A stretch of 57,118 nt of DNA, filler included, from Basidiobolus ranarum (lineage: Eukaryota), in assembly GCA_040143965.1 (NCBI GenBank). It is 5 parts of 5 records of this genome, joined end to end, with 100 filler letters (N's around TTAATTAATTAA, not from the genome) between each part and the next. Parts side by side here need not be neighbours in the genome. Positions count along the whole stretch, not along the records: positions 22,929 to 34,265 come from JASJQH010007496.1; positions 34,366 to 45,694 come from JASJQH010007497.1; 3 more parts are not named here. One strand, written 5' to 3'. Within the stretch, counting starts at the first letter, position 1. Every line of letters starts with the position of its first letter. The notes under the pieces are model-generated. The model did not search any database, was not told the DNA's origin, and saw nothing but the letters and a program-made list of their open reading frames with translations. A program made the position numbers and the translations under genes. Below are positions 25,901 to 38,960 of the stretch, in pieces.

Positions 25901-28900
25901 GACTTTGTAGCCAGCCCACGATGGTGTTACCTTTACTGTATTGAATTCTGACCAGAGTAGTATTTATACAGGGCCCGATAACTAGCTCGATGTTCTTCAT
26001 AGGTATATTTCGACCATTCGTAAGAATCCCATAAATAATATCATCTTTTTCATAATAAGGTCGCAATACTAACCCCCAAGCCGCTTGCAAAATGGTAAGT
26101 AAAGTGATTCCAATTGTTTTTGAAAATTCTTTCAATTTTTTTGTCGGGATTCGACATTTTGATAAAAGCTGATAGTTCTTCACTAAAGTTCTATTCACGA
26201 CACCAAGTTTCGGGAATACACAGGGCTCTATAGCGGCTAGATACGATATCCAATAATCAGAACCGTCCTCACTATCAAATAGGTCATCATGTTTGTTACG
26301 GTATGAAATATAGTCCTTGTACGGTATCACTGCTGGCCTCGTAGAATTGTTATAAACTGCCTCCAAAAGAGTCATAGTGATTTTATCTGACCAGCCATCA
26401 TTGATTGCATGGTGGCGAGAAATGATCATTTGGGCCTTTTTCCCATATATTATACACAGGCGTATATTGGGTTTACCGAGCGGAAATCCTTTGGCCACAT
26501 CTTCTTCAAGATATTTTTTCAAAATGGCGTCATTGTCGCAGTTTTCAGCAGTTATAGATTCAAACACCAAATCGATATCCCGCAAGACAATTTGAAGATA
26601 AGCTTGAGTTGTAGTCGAGGTACTTGGATTGCTAATGAATACTGTTCTCAATATTGGAAGGTCGTGAATTACTATTTTCCAAGCGGAGATTAAGCCGTCA
26701 ATTTCCAGTCCAGCATCGGTAACATTGTATACATCTTGTACATGATAAAAAGCGGGCGACTGGATATTTCCAAGGATTAGGCCTTCTTGAATAGGCGAAC
26801 AAGGATATATATCCTCGATGTTCTGCACTAGATCAGGTCCGTATTGTAATGATATTTGATGCATAAACTCATCCAGCTCGTGAGTATTCAAAGCTAGAAG
26901 AGGAAGATCCGAAATGGTAAACTCTCTCTCCTTTTTGTTTGCACAAGTATAAATGGTCTCCATCATGTTCTTCTTCCACGATTCCGACCATTGGGTGATT
27001 TGGGCTGCTCGGTGAAGAGCTGAACTGTAGGATATTGAGGCGCACAACTTATTATTGTGCAGAGTAACTTCGACTTCTATAGCATTCATTCTTCTCCATT
27101 TTGGACCAATCATATTCAAATCAAATTTGTATTCATCTTCGACATCTTGAAACAAAGAATTGGTCTTCTCTAGATACTGAAATCTTCCGAAATAATTGAA
27201 GCCGACTTGCAAACTGTCATTGCAAAACTGAGCCGACTGTTTCTCATTCAAGTAACGAAGAAGTCCATAGTTAAGTCCACGAGCAGGAATACCTTTACGA
27301 ATGTCTTTCGTTCGTTTTAGTACATCGATCATGGAATCTTCTGGATTACTTTCAATAGTGATCGGGTATATGGAGGTGAACCAACCAACGGTTCGGGAAA
27401 TATCTAAGGAATCATCCCACGGTTCACGACCATGACCCTCGGTTGCAATCGAAAGCGAACTCGAGTTGAACGTAGTGCAATATGAGGAAGCCAGAGAAGA
27501 AAGCATGAAATCCACTGCCTCTGTTCTATAAACGTCGTTGCTTAGCCCAAAGATGAGCTTTGTGTATTCACTGTCTAATGTGAATGATGATGTGTGCACA
27601 GTCTCCATCGTATTTAGGTGTAGCAAGGATTCATCTACCTTGAAAGGAACCATTGGCACCTGTTTCGGCCAGTTCTCAATACTCAATGATTCAGCATGAT
27701 GTCTTAGCAGGTTACTCCAATTTCTGAACGATAATGTTTTGTGGGATAAGGATTGTCCTCTTAGTAATTTCTCTAGATCTTCCCAGATAATACGCCACGA
27801 AACCAAATCTATGATATAGTGATGGATGGTCATGAACATGAGCTGCTCACCAGATGGTAAATCATACAGAACAAAGGATGATACCGGCCCTGTCTCAATG
27901 TTAAGGCTGGTTTGTACCCGATGCACACTCGATCTCAACTCTTCTATACCTGAAGCATGCTGATGCTCAACCTCAAAGTTAGTGTCGTTACTAGATGCCA
28001 ACCATTGCCTCCAATGATTACCATCGTGGCAGAAACGAGTCCGTAGCATGTCATGGTGACATGTAAGCTCGGAAAGTGCTGCTTTCAATTTAGTGAGATG
28101 TATAGGAGACTGAACTTTCACTAACCACGATAAATGAAAATGATGGATATCTGACTGTTCGACTCCAAAAAACTGACATTGAATAGGAGTGAAAGGAATA
28201 TCACTTTCTTCATCTTCCACCAGCTTCTGTTTTTCTAATTCAATCGTGGTAAACTGGGCGTAATTTGCAAGTTGATGAATAGTCGGATGCTGAAGAATGC
28301 TTTGTACGGATACCTCGACCCCAACTTGACGGCATTGTGAAGATATTTGAATTGCTGAAATCGAATCGCCACCTAAATAATAGAAGGAATCGCCGGGCCC
28401 TATTCTAGATTTCGCAATATTAAGCACATCTCCCCAAACTTCCTGCAATAGCTCTTCCATTGGAGAAAGTAACACCTCTTGAGCCCCCTTCATCATCTGG
28501 ACGAGTTCACCACCGATTTCTTTACTATTATTTTCATGTAGTAATTCTAGCATTCGAAAGTCAGTTTTGCCGCTTGCATTGATTGGCATCTGTGACAGAG
28601 GGATCCATACAGTTGGTACCATATATTGAGGTAATCTATTTCGAACTAGTTCTTGAATATGAGTGATTTCGGCATCTATAATCGAAACTGGTTCATCTGA
28701 GGATATCATATGTGTCAAGGTGAAGAAAGCCACAAGAACATTCTTTTCCTTTGATGAACTGAAATTCTTCTTGAGCAACCTCACTGATGCTTGGAAAACC
28801 TGCGGAGAATGAAGTAACGCATGTTCTATCTCACCTATTTCGATCCTTAGTCCGTTCAGCTTGATTTGATTATCTTTACGCCCAAGAATAGTGATTGAGC

Positions 28901-30825
28901 CATCAGGATTAAATCTCCCTAAATCCCCGGTTCTGTATAAACGCTCTCCAATAGCAAATGGAGACTCAACGAAGACTTCTTCGGTAAGTTCAGGCCTGTT
29001 TAAATACCCGCGAGCAAGCTGCGGGCCTCCAATACAAAGCTCACCTACTGCTCCCGGTGGAAGCAACTCCAATCTGTCATTGAGAATAAACACTTTGTTG
29101 CGACCAATCGGCCTGCCAATATTAGTGCAAGATGTGTGTTGACTCAACGACTCCCTTATTATGGCATAAACAGTTGTTTCAGTTGGTCCATAGCCGTTAT
29201 GAAAAGTAACTTTACTAGTCCAAGAATCGCGAACGGAGTTTGTTAACATCTCACCTCCTTGTTGAAGCAGCCTAAGAGTAGGCACTTCGGTCGGATTTAA
29301 CAGACCTGCAACAGTGGTAGTTAATTGGGCGGCAGTAACCTTCATAAGGTTTGCCATCTTGGGCAAATTTGTGAGTAAGTTATTCTTGGAGGCTAAACAT
29401 ATGCGTGACCCTATAGTCAAATTCACAAATAAATCAAGAACGGATGCATCGAATGTATAGTTAGAGAACTGAAGAAAGCGGTCACTCTGCGTCAAATTAA
29501 GGATTTTTTGATGGGCAGCTACGTAGTTAACCACATTACGATGTTCCAACATAACTCCCTTGGGCTTTCCTGTTGTACCTGACGTGAAAATCAAGTAGCA
29601 AAGATTGGATGATTTCAATTGTGGAACCACTGGATTAATCTCCGATGTTTCGATGCATTTGAGCTCGCTTTGATCCATCATCACCAGCTGAATACTTGGA
29701 GACTCACTAAATACGCCTGCTAGGCTACTGGTTGTGATGCAAAAACGAGCAGCTGTATCTTTTAAAATATAAGAAATACGCTCTTTGGGGTATTCTGCAT
29801 CAAGTGGAACATACGCAGCACCAGCTTTCAGAACGGCCAAGATAGCAACAACCATATCAACTGATTTCTCAATACATAATGGTACCAACTCGTCAGGAAC
29901 TACACCCAGATGGATAAAATGATGAGCCAACTTGTTAGCTCGATTGTTTAACTCGGCATAAGTGACCCATTCTTTATCCTCAAACTGAAGAGCGATGTTG
30001 TCAGGAGTGGCTTCTACTTGTCTTTCTACAAGGTGGTGTATGCAGTAATCATCGAGCTCTCTGACGAAGTCAGCTTTTCCTTGCTGCCACTCAGTAAGCA
30101 ATAAGTTTTTTTCTTTTTCCGAAGTCCAATTCAATAGCTTCAAAGGACGATCAAGGTTATGTACTAGTATAGTGGCTATGTGAGCAAATTGATCAGAAAG
30201 AAGCTGCCCGTGTTCTAACTCAAGATAGCTGCTTGAGAAAGTGAACTGAGCATCGAGGCTATCTCCATTAAGCCATCCTTCTATGAAACTCACGAACTAT
30301 ATCAAATGGTTGGAAGGTAGGTTAGCTTATATACAAATACTGGCTTATGAGCAAATGTACCTCCAAGTTGAGTATGTCTAGCGATGTCTCTTGATCGCTA
30401 TATGCAACATAAGTATTAAACGAGTTATTATCGGATAAATAGGTAGCACTGCTAGAGCTAATGCTTCCCGCTTTTGCTAGCTCCTTTATCCAATCAGCAA
30501 CAAGTAAATTCTCAGTTCTTTCATCGTAGATTGACTGAAGCACCTCGAAATCCTTCACAGTCAACTGGGAATGCGGCTCGAGAAGGTCATTGGCTCCAAA
30601 CGTGATTTCGGAATGCTTTGTATATAGATTAAGTAGAATTATCCAAACGGCATGAAGGAGACTCTTTTCCAGACCAAGCAGCTCTTTCAAAGTAGAATGG
30701 CGGTAGATTCGGTCCATTGATACGATGTTTGCCTTCCTAACACGGAATATATCGCTCTCCCCACCCTTCTTTCTTTCACCGTTAATTAAGCGTGGCAATT
30801 GGCAAGCAAAATGTGAAGTATTCAT
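22929..30825 (-). CDS. Multimodular non-ribosomal peptide synthetase, 3'-truncated by contig end: partial C - A1 - T1 - E1 - C - A2 - T2 - E2...
   Basis: Exon 1 30825-30361, GT-AG intron 30360-30297, then >7.3 kb open. A-domain cores YLIFTSGTTGKPKG / YVLYTSGSTGTPKG, YGPTE, YRTGD; T domains LGGDSI (x2); E domains HHYIIDLVSW with EGHGRE and RTVGWFT, and HHFVIDLVSW; C domain DIYPCSPIQEG..HHAINDGWS. Confidence 0.96.
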
Positions 30826-32267
30826 CTTGGTATAGTTATTGTTGAGCCTATCGATCTTATATATATACATATAATCGGATATCAGATAGTCGTAATAATA
30901 AGGCAAGAGTAGAGAGCACGAAGTAGTAGTTACTGGTCACAATATGCTCAATTGAAATCAGGATGCCAGTTATATCTATTTCAAGTTGGGAATTGCCAGC
31001 GACATACTGGACAATGCCTCATTTGACTTTGTACTGTACGCCTGCCTTTATAGTAAGTACAGCCTTGGCCAGGTGGATTTGTACAGGAGTTCATGAGTAC
31101 GATTATATATCAATATACATAGTGAGTACATTCTGTAACGAGATCTGTCATGAGCGTATTACTAGGATGTAGTAGATTCTTACACCAGTGCTATGGGAAC
31201 GCAATGCCATGGGAACACAAAACGTAGATATAGGTCGGGATAGAGCATACGATCTTCATGTTGTTATTGTACCTAGCCAACTTCTACAAATGTAAATTCA
31301 GAAGTGGAATTTTGTGAATTAGTTATTGGTTTGCATCATATTCTGAACAACGTGAGCACCGATAATTATTACCATTAATTTATACATTCATTTTTGGTCA
31401 AATTAATTCCTTGTATGGAGGTAGGTTGCACTAACGTATGGCGACGCAAAACCACTTTGACTATAACGATCTATTTCTTGTTCTCCTGCTCTCCACGAAT
31501 ACGTTCATGGTGTGCATTTTACTTCACAATCGTCGGAATTTTTCAAAACATTGCCATGCCTTATTTGTGTATGTTACTGAATTGGATTATGTACAATGTG
31601 AGATGTGCTTGGTCAAGTATATTTGCAGTTGGCTTAGAGCATATACAACTCTGCCAGAGGATGTGACTTAAGATGGGACTCGTATCATCGACAGTTTGCG
31701 AGGTAAATATCATTGGATGTGGCATCAATTATCATTGCTTAGTATGCAATACTAATTCAAAGCTGAATTTCCCAAAATACTCTCATCTGAGAAATTAATT
31801 GGATTATCGCATGCGAAACGTGAGTTAAGCTGTGGGATTGCGATTTTCGATAGCAACCCATTCCCACAATCTCCAGAATAAGGAAGTAATATAGAGCATC
31901 GAATACTAGAAAATCATTTTAATGGAAATATATTGATCAATTTGCGATGCATTAAAAAAATTCTTCATCAAGTCGGTTTGGTAAACGTACCTGACTTTAC
32001 AGTGGTAGCCTTGGTGGATTTGGTAGGAGTAGAGGCCTTTGGTGTAACTACATCGTTGACATTACCGGTAATCTTCACACAAATATATGCCTCCAAACCC
32101 AGGAGTAGTAACTTGCCTACGAAGGTTAGAAACCATCATCAAAATATACTTACCCCAGTTTCTAATAGCCAGTACTGCCTTTTATGTTGGAATGTATTTT
32201 GGCCGACTGAGATGAAGCTGAACTAACTCTATATTTCACAGAGCATAAGGGCAAGAGCCAGCAGGGA

Positions 32268-32297
32268 AGAGTAAGAGTAAGAGTAAGAGCAAGAGCA
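32268..32297 (+). repeat. Hexanucleotide microsatellite (AAGAGT/AAGAGC)5
   Basis: aagagt aagagt aagagt aagagc aagagc. Confidence 0.9.
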
Positions 32298-32665
32298 GAA
32301 AGCCTTGTTGTGTAAGATCAGTTAGAAAATAAAGATTGAATCGTTTCCGATAGATTGGTACAGGTGATAATACCACTATATGGGAGTTTCCGACTTGGCT
32401 GAGGAATGATCTAGAGTTAGATTTTCTTAACATTAAGCAATCTTCCACACTACATTAGCCCACCTGAATTTAGGATTCACGCGATCTAAAGGTTTGGCAA
32501 GTGTAACCATTCAGACCATCTTAACCCCAGCCCTATGCTTTAAATGCTAAATACTTTCATGACCAAGTAATTTTGCCTTATTAAATATGCTATTTATACA
32601 ATGCATCCTTGAGAGAGTTTTAGTTACCAAATACCTGACTTAACGTAGTTCTTTCTGACTCCTCA

Positions 32666-33046
32666 TCAACAATCTAGCCAAATCAACAATCTAGCCAAAT
32701 TGGTATTCATGTGCACACGATCCCAGCTATATCTATGTGTGATCCGTATCTGTGTTTGCACACGATCCCAGCTATATCTATCTGTGATCCAAATCTGTGT
32801 TTGCACACGATTCATATCTATGAATCTGTTGGTGACTCGCACAAGATTTTGAGGTTCAAGCTCCCCTGCAATAGGGTAGTTACACTGTACATTACCTGCC
32901 ATAGGGTAGTTACACCGAACATTAATTTGATGAGAAGTGACTTTGTTACTCAAGCTTGGGTCAGGCTGCTTTGACAATTGTGATTCCATTTTAGGAATTT
33001 GATTGTACCTGTTTGATTCACCTGTTTGCTTGTACCTATTTGATTC
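32666..33046. repeat. Cluster of short tandem duplications (17-bp x2, 45-bp x2.5, 30-bp x2, 27-bp x2)
   Basis: tgcacacgat starts at 32712, 32757 and 32802. cctgc.atagggtagttacac at 32865 and 32895. ttgtacct.tttgattc at 33003 and 33030. tcaacaatctagccaaa x2 from 32666. Confidence 0.9.
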
Positions 33047-34265
33047 TGTTGTGGGATGTAATTTACAACAACTGACAGTATTGACTGCTGAGTGGTTGAT
33101 ACATATATATATGTCCACTGTAGATATATACATGCAAATCGTGGTGATGCAGACTGGAGCCTGGTGCGACTAATCAATTTATTAATTTCATTAGTCATCC
33201 ACCAAATATCTTTACTTAGTAAGATATGGGAAGCAAATAGTATTAGGCACATGTACACAATCTTGCTGGCAAATATTTGTTTGTAGTTTCCATACAAACC
33301 AGAGTGGATTGACCCACTTGGTTTCTATCTTGAAGTAATGGATAAGCTGTAAATGAGGTGTTAGATGAAATTGTTTGTTTTTGATTGGAAATATAGGTTA
33401 TGAATGGAAAGTAATAGTTAATACAGGTGTGTAAAGAAAACAGATGGACTGATATACATTATAGTAATGGCTCCGGCCTACAAGTACAGTAAGGGTTGGT
33501 ATAATGTATATGGTAATTGAATGTATTTTGCATTAAATATATATATGCTGGTAAGAGTTTAACTTAAGAATAGTAATACTGACATACAAAAGTATCACCA
33601 AAACAGTGCATGAATAACAAGGGGGATGAGAAGCACCAGAAGTTGCAATATTTATTTATCATTTTAAACAATGCCAATAAATAAATAAGCCAAGCTGGAA
33701 TATAAAATTCAAAGATGAATTCTGGATGTTGATAGAGCTAAGTAGGGTATAGATGTTCTGGTAAGGGTAAGGATCAAAAGAGGGTGTCTAGGGGACACAG
33801 TCCCCCCGGTATAAAAAGAAAACAGGGGATATGGGAGATGCAATCCACCATGTACAACCTTCTGTCACAGTGTACTCAAATTACTAGAATATGGGAAGAA
33901 TTTGGCTTGCCAAAATTTTCCAAAGCTTAGAGATTTGACCTTTGACACATCTGAGGAAGAGACACTGTTCCCAACATTATAACACAGCCTTTTCTGACTT
34001 TTGTAATTTTATGAATTATGCAAAATTTCCGAGATATTTGATATTTTCTGATTCTTTGTTAATTTTAAGTTTGAATTGATTGGGAAAATGCCTGAAAACA
34101 TCAAGATATCTTCATATTTTAGCAGGACTCCCATCAATATCCACTCATCTAGGTGTTTATTCAAATGCAAAGACTGGAAGTATTGGATTTGTATATATTC
34201 AAGTGGAATTTGAAAAGATTTCTGCCTGATAAGTATTGGCAACATTGGGAGTTGTTTGTGGATAT

Positions 34266-34365
34266 NNNNNNNNNNNNNNNNNNNNNNNNNNNNNNNNNNN
34301 NNNNNNNNNTTAATTAATTAANNNNNNNNNNNNNNNNNNNNNNNNNNNNNNNNNNNNNNNNNNNN
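34266..34365. other. Artificial contig linker
   Basis: N44-TTAATTAATTAA-N44. Confidence 0.98.
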
Positions 34366-34454
34366 TAGGATCTCCAAGAAAATGTCCTTCAGTCTATGGT
34401 GTCCACAAGCTCCAGGTGCTACCATCTAGTCCCAACGTTATGTGTATATTTTAG
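34366..34454 (+). CDS. Secreted 4-Cys array family, subtype B, C-terminal fragment (cut by contig start)
   Basis: Translates ..SPRKCPSVYGVHKLQVLPSSPNVMCIF*, near-identical to the ends of 36738-37175 and 40255-40692, and is followed by the same 3' flank. Confidence 0.85.
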
Positions 34455-35583
34455 CTTGTCTTTGGATACACATAGAAGAACAAAGATTATTAGAACGTCG
34501 ACCTGCTATACTTCGTATCTTAGATAGATAAACCTTACTCTATCTCAATAAAAGATATGTTTTACATGGAGCAACTCTTCATTGTGGGTTTGAAGATATT
34601 TGAAAATGTTGATCACCATCTTCTGCTATTGGATAACATCAAATTATGAGGATTAAGTTTTTGTGGTTGAAGAATGTCTTTCAATAGCTTTAGGTATCTT
34701 TTTAAGTATCACAGCTATTTTGCTATTTATTATCACCGATACACGGGAATCGAAGATAGCATTATGTTCTGTAGTGATTGACCTGAACTATACTTATTGT
34801 CAATCACAACCGTAACTAAATATGGCAATGTTTCCAACTAATTACTTGTGGTGGAATTGGGGCGGCCACATGGGAATACTGTTAGCCTGTTTGAGCTAAT
34901 TATATTCACAAGTGTAATTCCATTATTGATATACTGTACCGGTCTTTATATCCAAGAATGTAACATTTGTTTTTCTTTTTCAATGAGTGAGGCTGAATGG
35001 CAGGTATCTTGTTAAATTTTCTCAATATTAAACGATATAAAGTTGATCTGCTATATAAATAAGCAATTCCAGTGTAATGAACTATTTTAGGCACTTATCT
35101 ATGTGTTGTTGATTACCCAGAGCATTCAGTATTCATGTATTGAGATGGTCTAAAAAGCAATGCCTTATATTAAAAATAATACAAGATGGAGGCTCCATTA
35201 TTAGCACTCGGTATCCAATTTCAAAACCTAATCGGTGTATAAAAAAGAGATCGATTTAGCTAATCCACCTTCAAGAATTACTCAGTGTCATATTTCAAAT
35301 AGAAAATATGTTGAAGCACAAGTAGTGGGGAATGGGGTTTCTGATATTTTTTCAATATAGATCACAACCTGTATTGACTAGCCGATGGCTTATTTATCAA
35401 GCATCTTGACTCCAGCTAGGCCTATGTCTACTCAGTCAGAGTGCAGTATGCGTTCCATTGAGTCTGAGGTGCCTCCCGACTTGTAAGCAAATATGGTACA
35501 AAAGCGCTTCTAACTGCATACTATGGTGTTATTCAAAGTTGCTATATTTTGGCATTACTCGTTTGTTCCATATCGCTATCAAA

Positions 35584-36018
35584 ATGATTGCTTCTGCTTT
35601 GCTTACTCTCACAATGCTTAGTCTGGGTTTTGCAGCACCACCTCCCAGTATCTGCACCACTAATGTGGATATCAATGGTCCTAATGCGATTCATGCTGGA
35701 TGTACTATAAAGCTACAGTTTTGTATCCCCTCTCCGATACTTAACACTGTAAGTAGCCTCCATGTGAAGTTATACCAAGCTGGTTCTCACCGTGGTGTTG
35801 TAGTGCATCAAGTAAACTCTGTAGACCTACAAAGCCAGCAAGGAGGTATCGAAATCTTGTTCCCAATCACTACCCGATTCATAGGAAATGACACCTTGAT
35901 TGTTACTGATACTCTGAACAGTGGTAAAATAAAACGCCCAGCCGGCTGCCCATCAGTTTATGCAGTACACAAGGTCAAGGTGCTACCATCAAGTTCTGAT
36001 GTTATGTGTATCATTTAA
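35584..36018 (+). CDS. Small secreted Cys-containing protein, array subtype A (A1), 144 aa
   Basis: Signal peptide MIASALLTLTMLSLGFA; family pattern C.TNV.I.GPN.IH.GC..KLQF..FPIT.RFIG..CPSVY..HK..VLPSS..MC. Intronless. True start taken as ATG 35584. Confidence 0.85.
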   Translation: MIASALLTLTMLSLGFAAPPPSICTTNVDINGPNAIHAGCTIKLQFCIPSPILNTVSSLHVKLYQAGSHRGVVVHQVNSVDLQSQQGGIEILFPITTRFIGNDTLIVTDTLNSGKIKRPAGCPSVYAVHKVKVLPSSSDVMCII

Positions 36019-36737
36019 TCGCTCCATTCATATAATTTCATAAATATCCACCACACGCTTTAGAAATATTATCTTATCAGATTACAGTAGTATACTTCAA
36101 AATAGCATATACAAATAAACTCGGCTTATTCCAGGGATAATTTGCGTATTAGAGCTATTGTTAGGAGTTTAAGAGAATACCATGTTCATCAGATACCTTG
36201 TTATTTGCTCAAGAAAGGCATATAACCAGCCTCAGCATCTTCCATGTAATTGGAGAGATAGCAAAATAAACTATAGTACTTACTCAGATTGGGAATATTC
36301 AGGGCTACACACCTATGGTTACCCCCCCCCCATATGTAAAATCTCGAATACTAGTCTATTCAGCATCAGCAAGTTATTCAATATGTAATCCTCAAGCCAA
36401 TTACTAGTTATGACCCAGTGAGGCAAATAATTTCTGATGTAAGACAAAAAGTGTCTGTATAATGGGGTGTTGGAGCTTTAATGAGTCCTTTGGCAAGAAA
36501 ATACATATGTATCCCACTTACGAATAAAATATTACCCTCATATATAACCTGCTTTCACTAAAATAGCATGTAATATGACTCATATTAGAGCTTCTGGAGC
36601 CAAGTGTAGATTCTTATATAAAAGCGATGAAAACATCTCACCATAACCGCATCATTAATTGATACATAGTAGTATTACTTATTATCATTTTTTTCGCAAC
36701 CTTCTTTCAATCAAAAACCTCAAGATATACAGGCAAA

Positions 36738-37175
36738 ATGTTCGCTTCTACTCTGATTTCATTCGCACTGCTTGGCTTGGGACTTTCAGCACCGCTTCCT
36801 AACAACTGTGCCACTAATGTGGAGATTAATGGTCCCAATGTGATACATACTGGATGTAGTATGAAGTTACAATTCCATATTCCATCTCAAGGAGTTAGTA
36901 CCAGTACTGGTGTGAAGGTAGAGCTATATCCTGCTGGATCTCGCCGTGGGACTGTGGTGTATCAAGTAGATAGTGTAGATATTCAAAGTCATAACGGACC
37001 TATTGAATTACTGTTCCCAATCACCAGTCGATTCATAGGCAATAATACCCTGATTCTCACTGAAAATCCGTCGAAGAATGATAGGGTCAGATCCGCAAGA
37101 AAATGTCCTTCAGTTTATGGAGCTCACAAGCTGCAGGTACTTCCATCCAGTTCCAACGTTATGTGTATGTTTTAG
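36738..37175 (+). CDS. Small secreted Cys-containing protein, array subtype B (B1), 145 aa
   Basis: Signal peptide MFASTLISFALLGLGLSA, same 4-Cys pattern, TATAAAAG at 36617. Confidence 0.88.
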   Translation: MFASTLISFALLGLGLSAPLPNNCATNVEINGPNVIHTGCSMKLQFHIPSQGVSTSTGVKVELYPAGSRRGTVVYQVDSVDIQSHNGPIELLFPITSRFIGNNTLILTENPSKNDRVRSARKCPSVYGAHKLQVLPSSSNVMCMF

Positions 37176-38884
37176 CTTGTCTTTAGATACACATAGAAGA
37201 ACAGCGATTATTAGAACATCGACCTGTTATATTTCATATCTTAGATAAAGAAAATCCTTATGTTATTACAATAAAAGATATGTTTTTCATGGAGTAACTC
37301 ATCTTCATAGGTTTGGAGATGATTGACAGTGTGGATTACCAACTTATGTTATCGGATAACATCAAATTATGACGATTAGGTTTTTGTGGTTGAAGAATGC
37401 CTTTCAATGGCAATGGAGCGCATTTCTAAGTATCAATTCAGAGCCACTTAAAATTTGGCAGCAATTTCGCTAGTTTTAAGAACTGATATATGGAAATCAA
37501 AAACAGTCATATGTTCGATAGTGATCGCCAATTAGTGATTAACCCTGAATTAAATAGATGTTGTCTGAGGTTATGTGAAGCCATAAACTTATTGCCGATC
37601 ATAACCTTAGCTATATTTGGTAATGTTTCAGACTGATTACTTGCCGTGGAATTGGGGCAGCCACATGGGAATGTTGATAACATGTTTGAGCTAATTATGT
37701 TTATAAGTGGAATTATATTATTGATATGCTGTACCGGTCGGTATCTAAAATGACTATTTCATTGATTTCGCACCTCGTCCATGAGCCTCATTCCTTCAGG
37801 GTCCAAACCTGGACTATGCCAAGTTCTCTATCCCAGGTGATGGCAAAGCAAAGTTAGAAAGGATAACGGTGGTAGGTGCTGCTAAATTCATGTTAACTTC
37901 GTAAATATACTAATGGCAGTTAAAAAAGGCCAGCTATTGTGGTGAGTTGCTGTTATTACTCCTGAGTACAGAAAGTAAGCTCTAATATAATGTCTAATGG
38001 TTGCTTGTCTCACAAATCCGGTAACCATGATGTAACAAGAAAAACGTATCTTTCTATGGCATCGTGACGTTGAAAACCCGAGGACTATACTCATTGGCCC
38101 TTTTGATTCGAGGTAATCAGAAACTTGGTGATGATGAGAATGCAGTGAGCAAATGTTAACACCATTATACACGAATTTATTAAAATTTAAGGCTCAGCTG
38201 TAAAATGACACTTTCTCAGCCATGGAAGGAGTTAGATTTTCATTTTTAATTGTAACCAGTCATAGTATCCATGGAAGCATCAACTCCCCATTATCTTTAC
38301 TTGACTACCTTCCATCGGAGATCGATTGCCTCACTAAGTCATAACCGGTACATCCAATTCTATCAAAAAACGAGTTAGTGACAAATCTACTAGTGTTATT
38401 CATCAGAGGTATAATAACTTCACTGATAAATCCCGAGCATTGGTAATGGAACCACAGCCGCAGCAAAGCAAGATTTGTTCTATGTGCAGGGATGTTCGAT
38501 TAGTAGCCTCACTCTCAGTTATAGTAATGATATACTCTTATACCAGGTTAGGGAGATATTCATTGAGATATGCCTATAATTCCTGACATTGCTGAACGTC
38601 ATGATGGATAAAAGCAACATAAATTTAGATTAGTTTCGAAATGTCGTGAAGTAACACTACTCCCTCTAAAGAATTATCAGGCCCAATGAGACATGAAACC
38701 TCCAATAGAACGCAAACCAGAAAATGGGGATTTCGAATTTCGATGACTTTCTCGACGTAATAATACCTACCACACTTACAAATAAGCGATATTCTAGAAT
38801 CAACTTCAATCCCAATCATGCCGTTTCCCTTAATATAGGACGTGCCATGCTTCCAGATGAGCCACCCGAGGTAAGTGCTTGAAG

Positions 38885-38892
38885 TATAAAAG
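38885..38892 (+). promoter_or_regulatory. TATA box (TATAAAAG), representative of a motif conserved upstream of the array genes
   Basis: TATAAAAG(C/T)G lies 76-122 bp before the ATG at 36617, 38885, 40133, 43132 and 45366. The variant TACAAAAG is at 35497. Confidence 0.65.
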
Positions 38893-38960
38893 TGCTCACA
38901 ATTTCTGGGTGTAGCTTCATCATTACGTTCTCTACTCTTCCACTTCAAGATATATTCAAT

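Noticed and set aside
22983-29142. Short + strand ORFs inside the NRPS, and similar antisense or alternate-frame ORFs in ADP1, niiA and the kinases
   Set aside because: These are shadow ORFs of long genuine coding regions and carry no motifs.
30963-32448. Short ORFs upstream of the NRPS as tailoring or regulatory genes
   Set aside because: No enzyme or transcription-factor motifs and no consistent exon structure were found.
32712-32830. 45-bp periodic repeats as a CRISPR array
   Set aside because: The units are head-to-tail with no unique spacers, there are only 2.5 copies, no cas genes are present and the context is eukaryotic.
36004-36018. C-terminal MCII/MCMF/MCIV as CaaX prenylation motifs
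   Set aside because: Only two residues follow the Cys and the proteins have signal peptides, so a disulfide role is more plausible.
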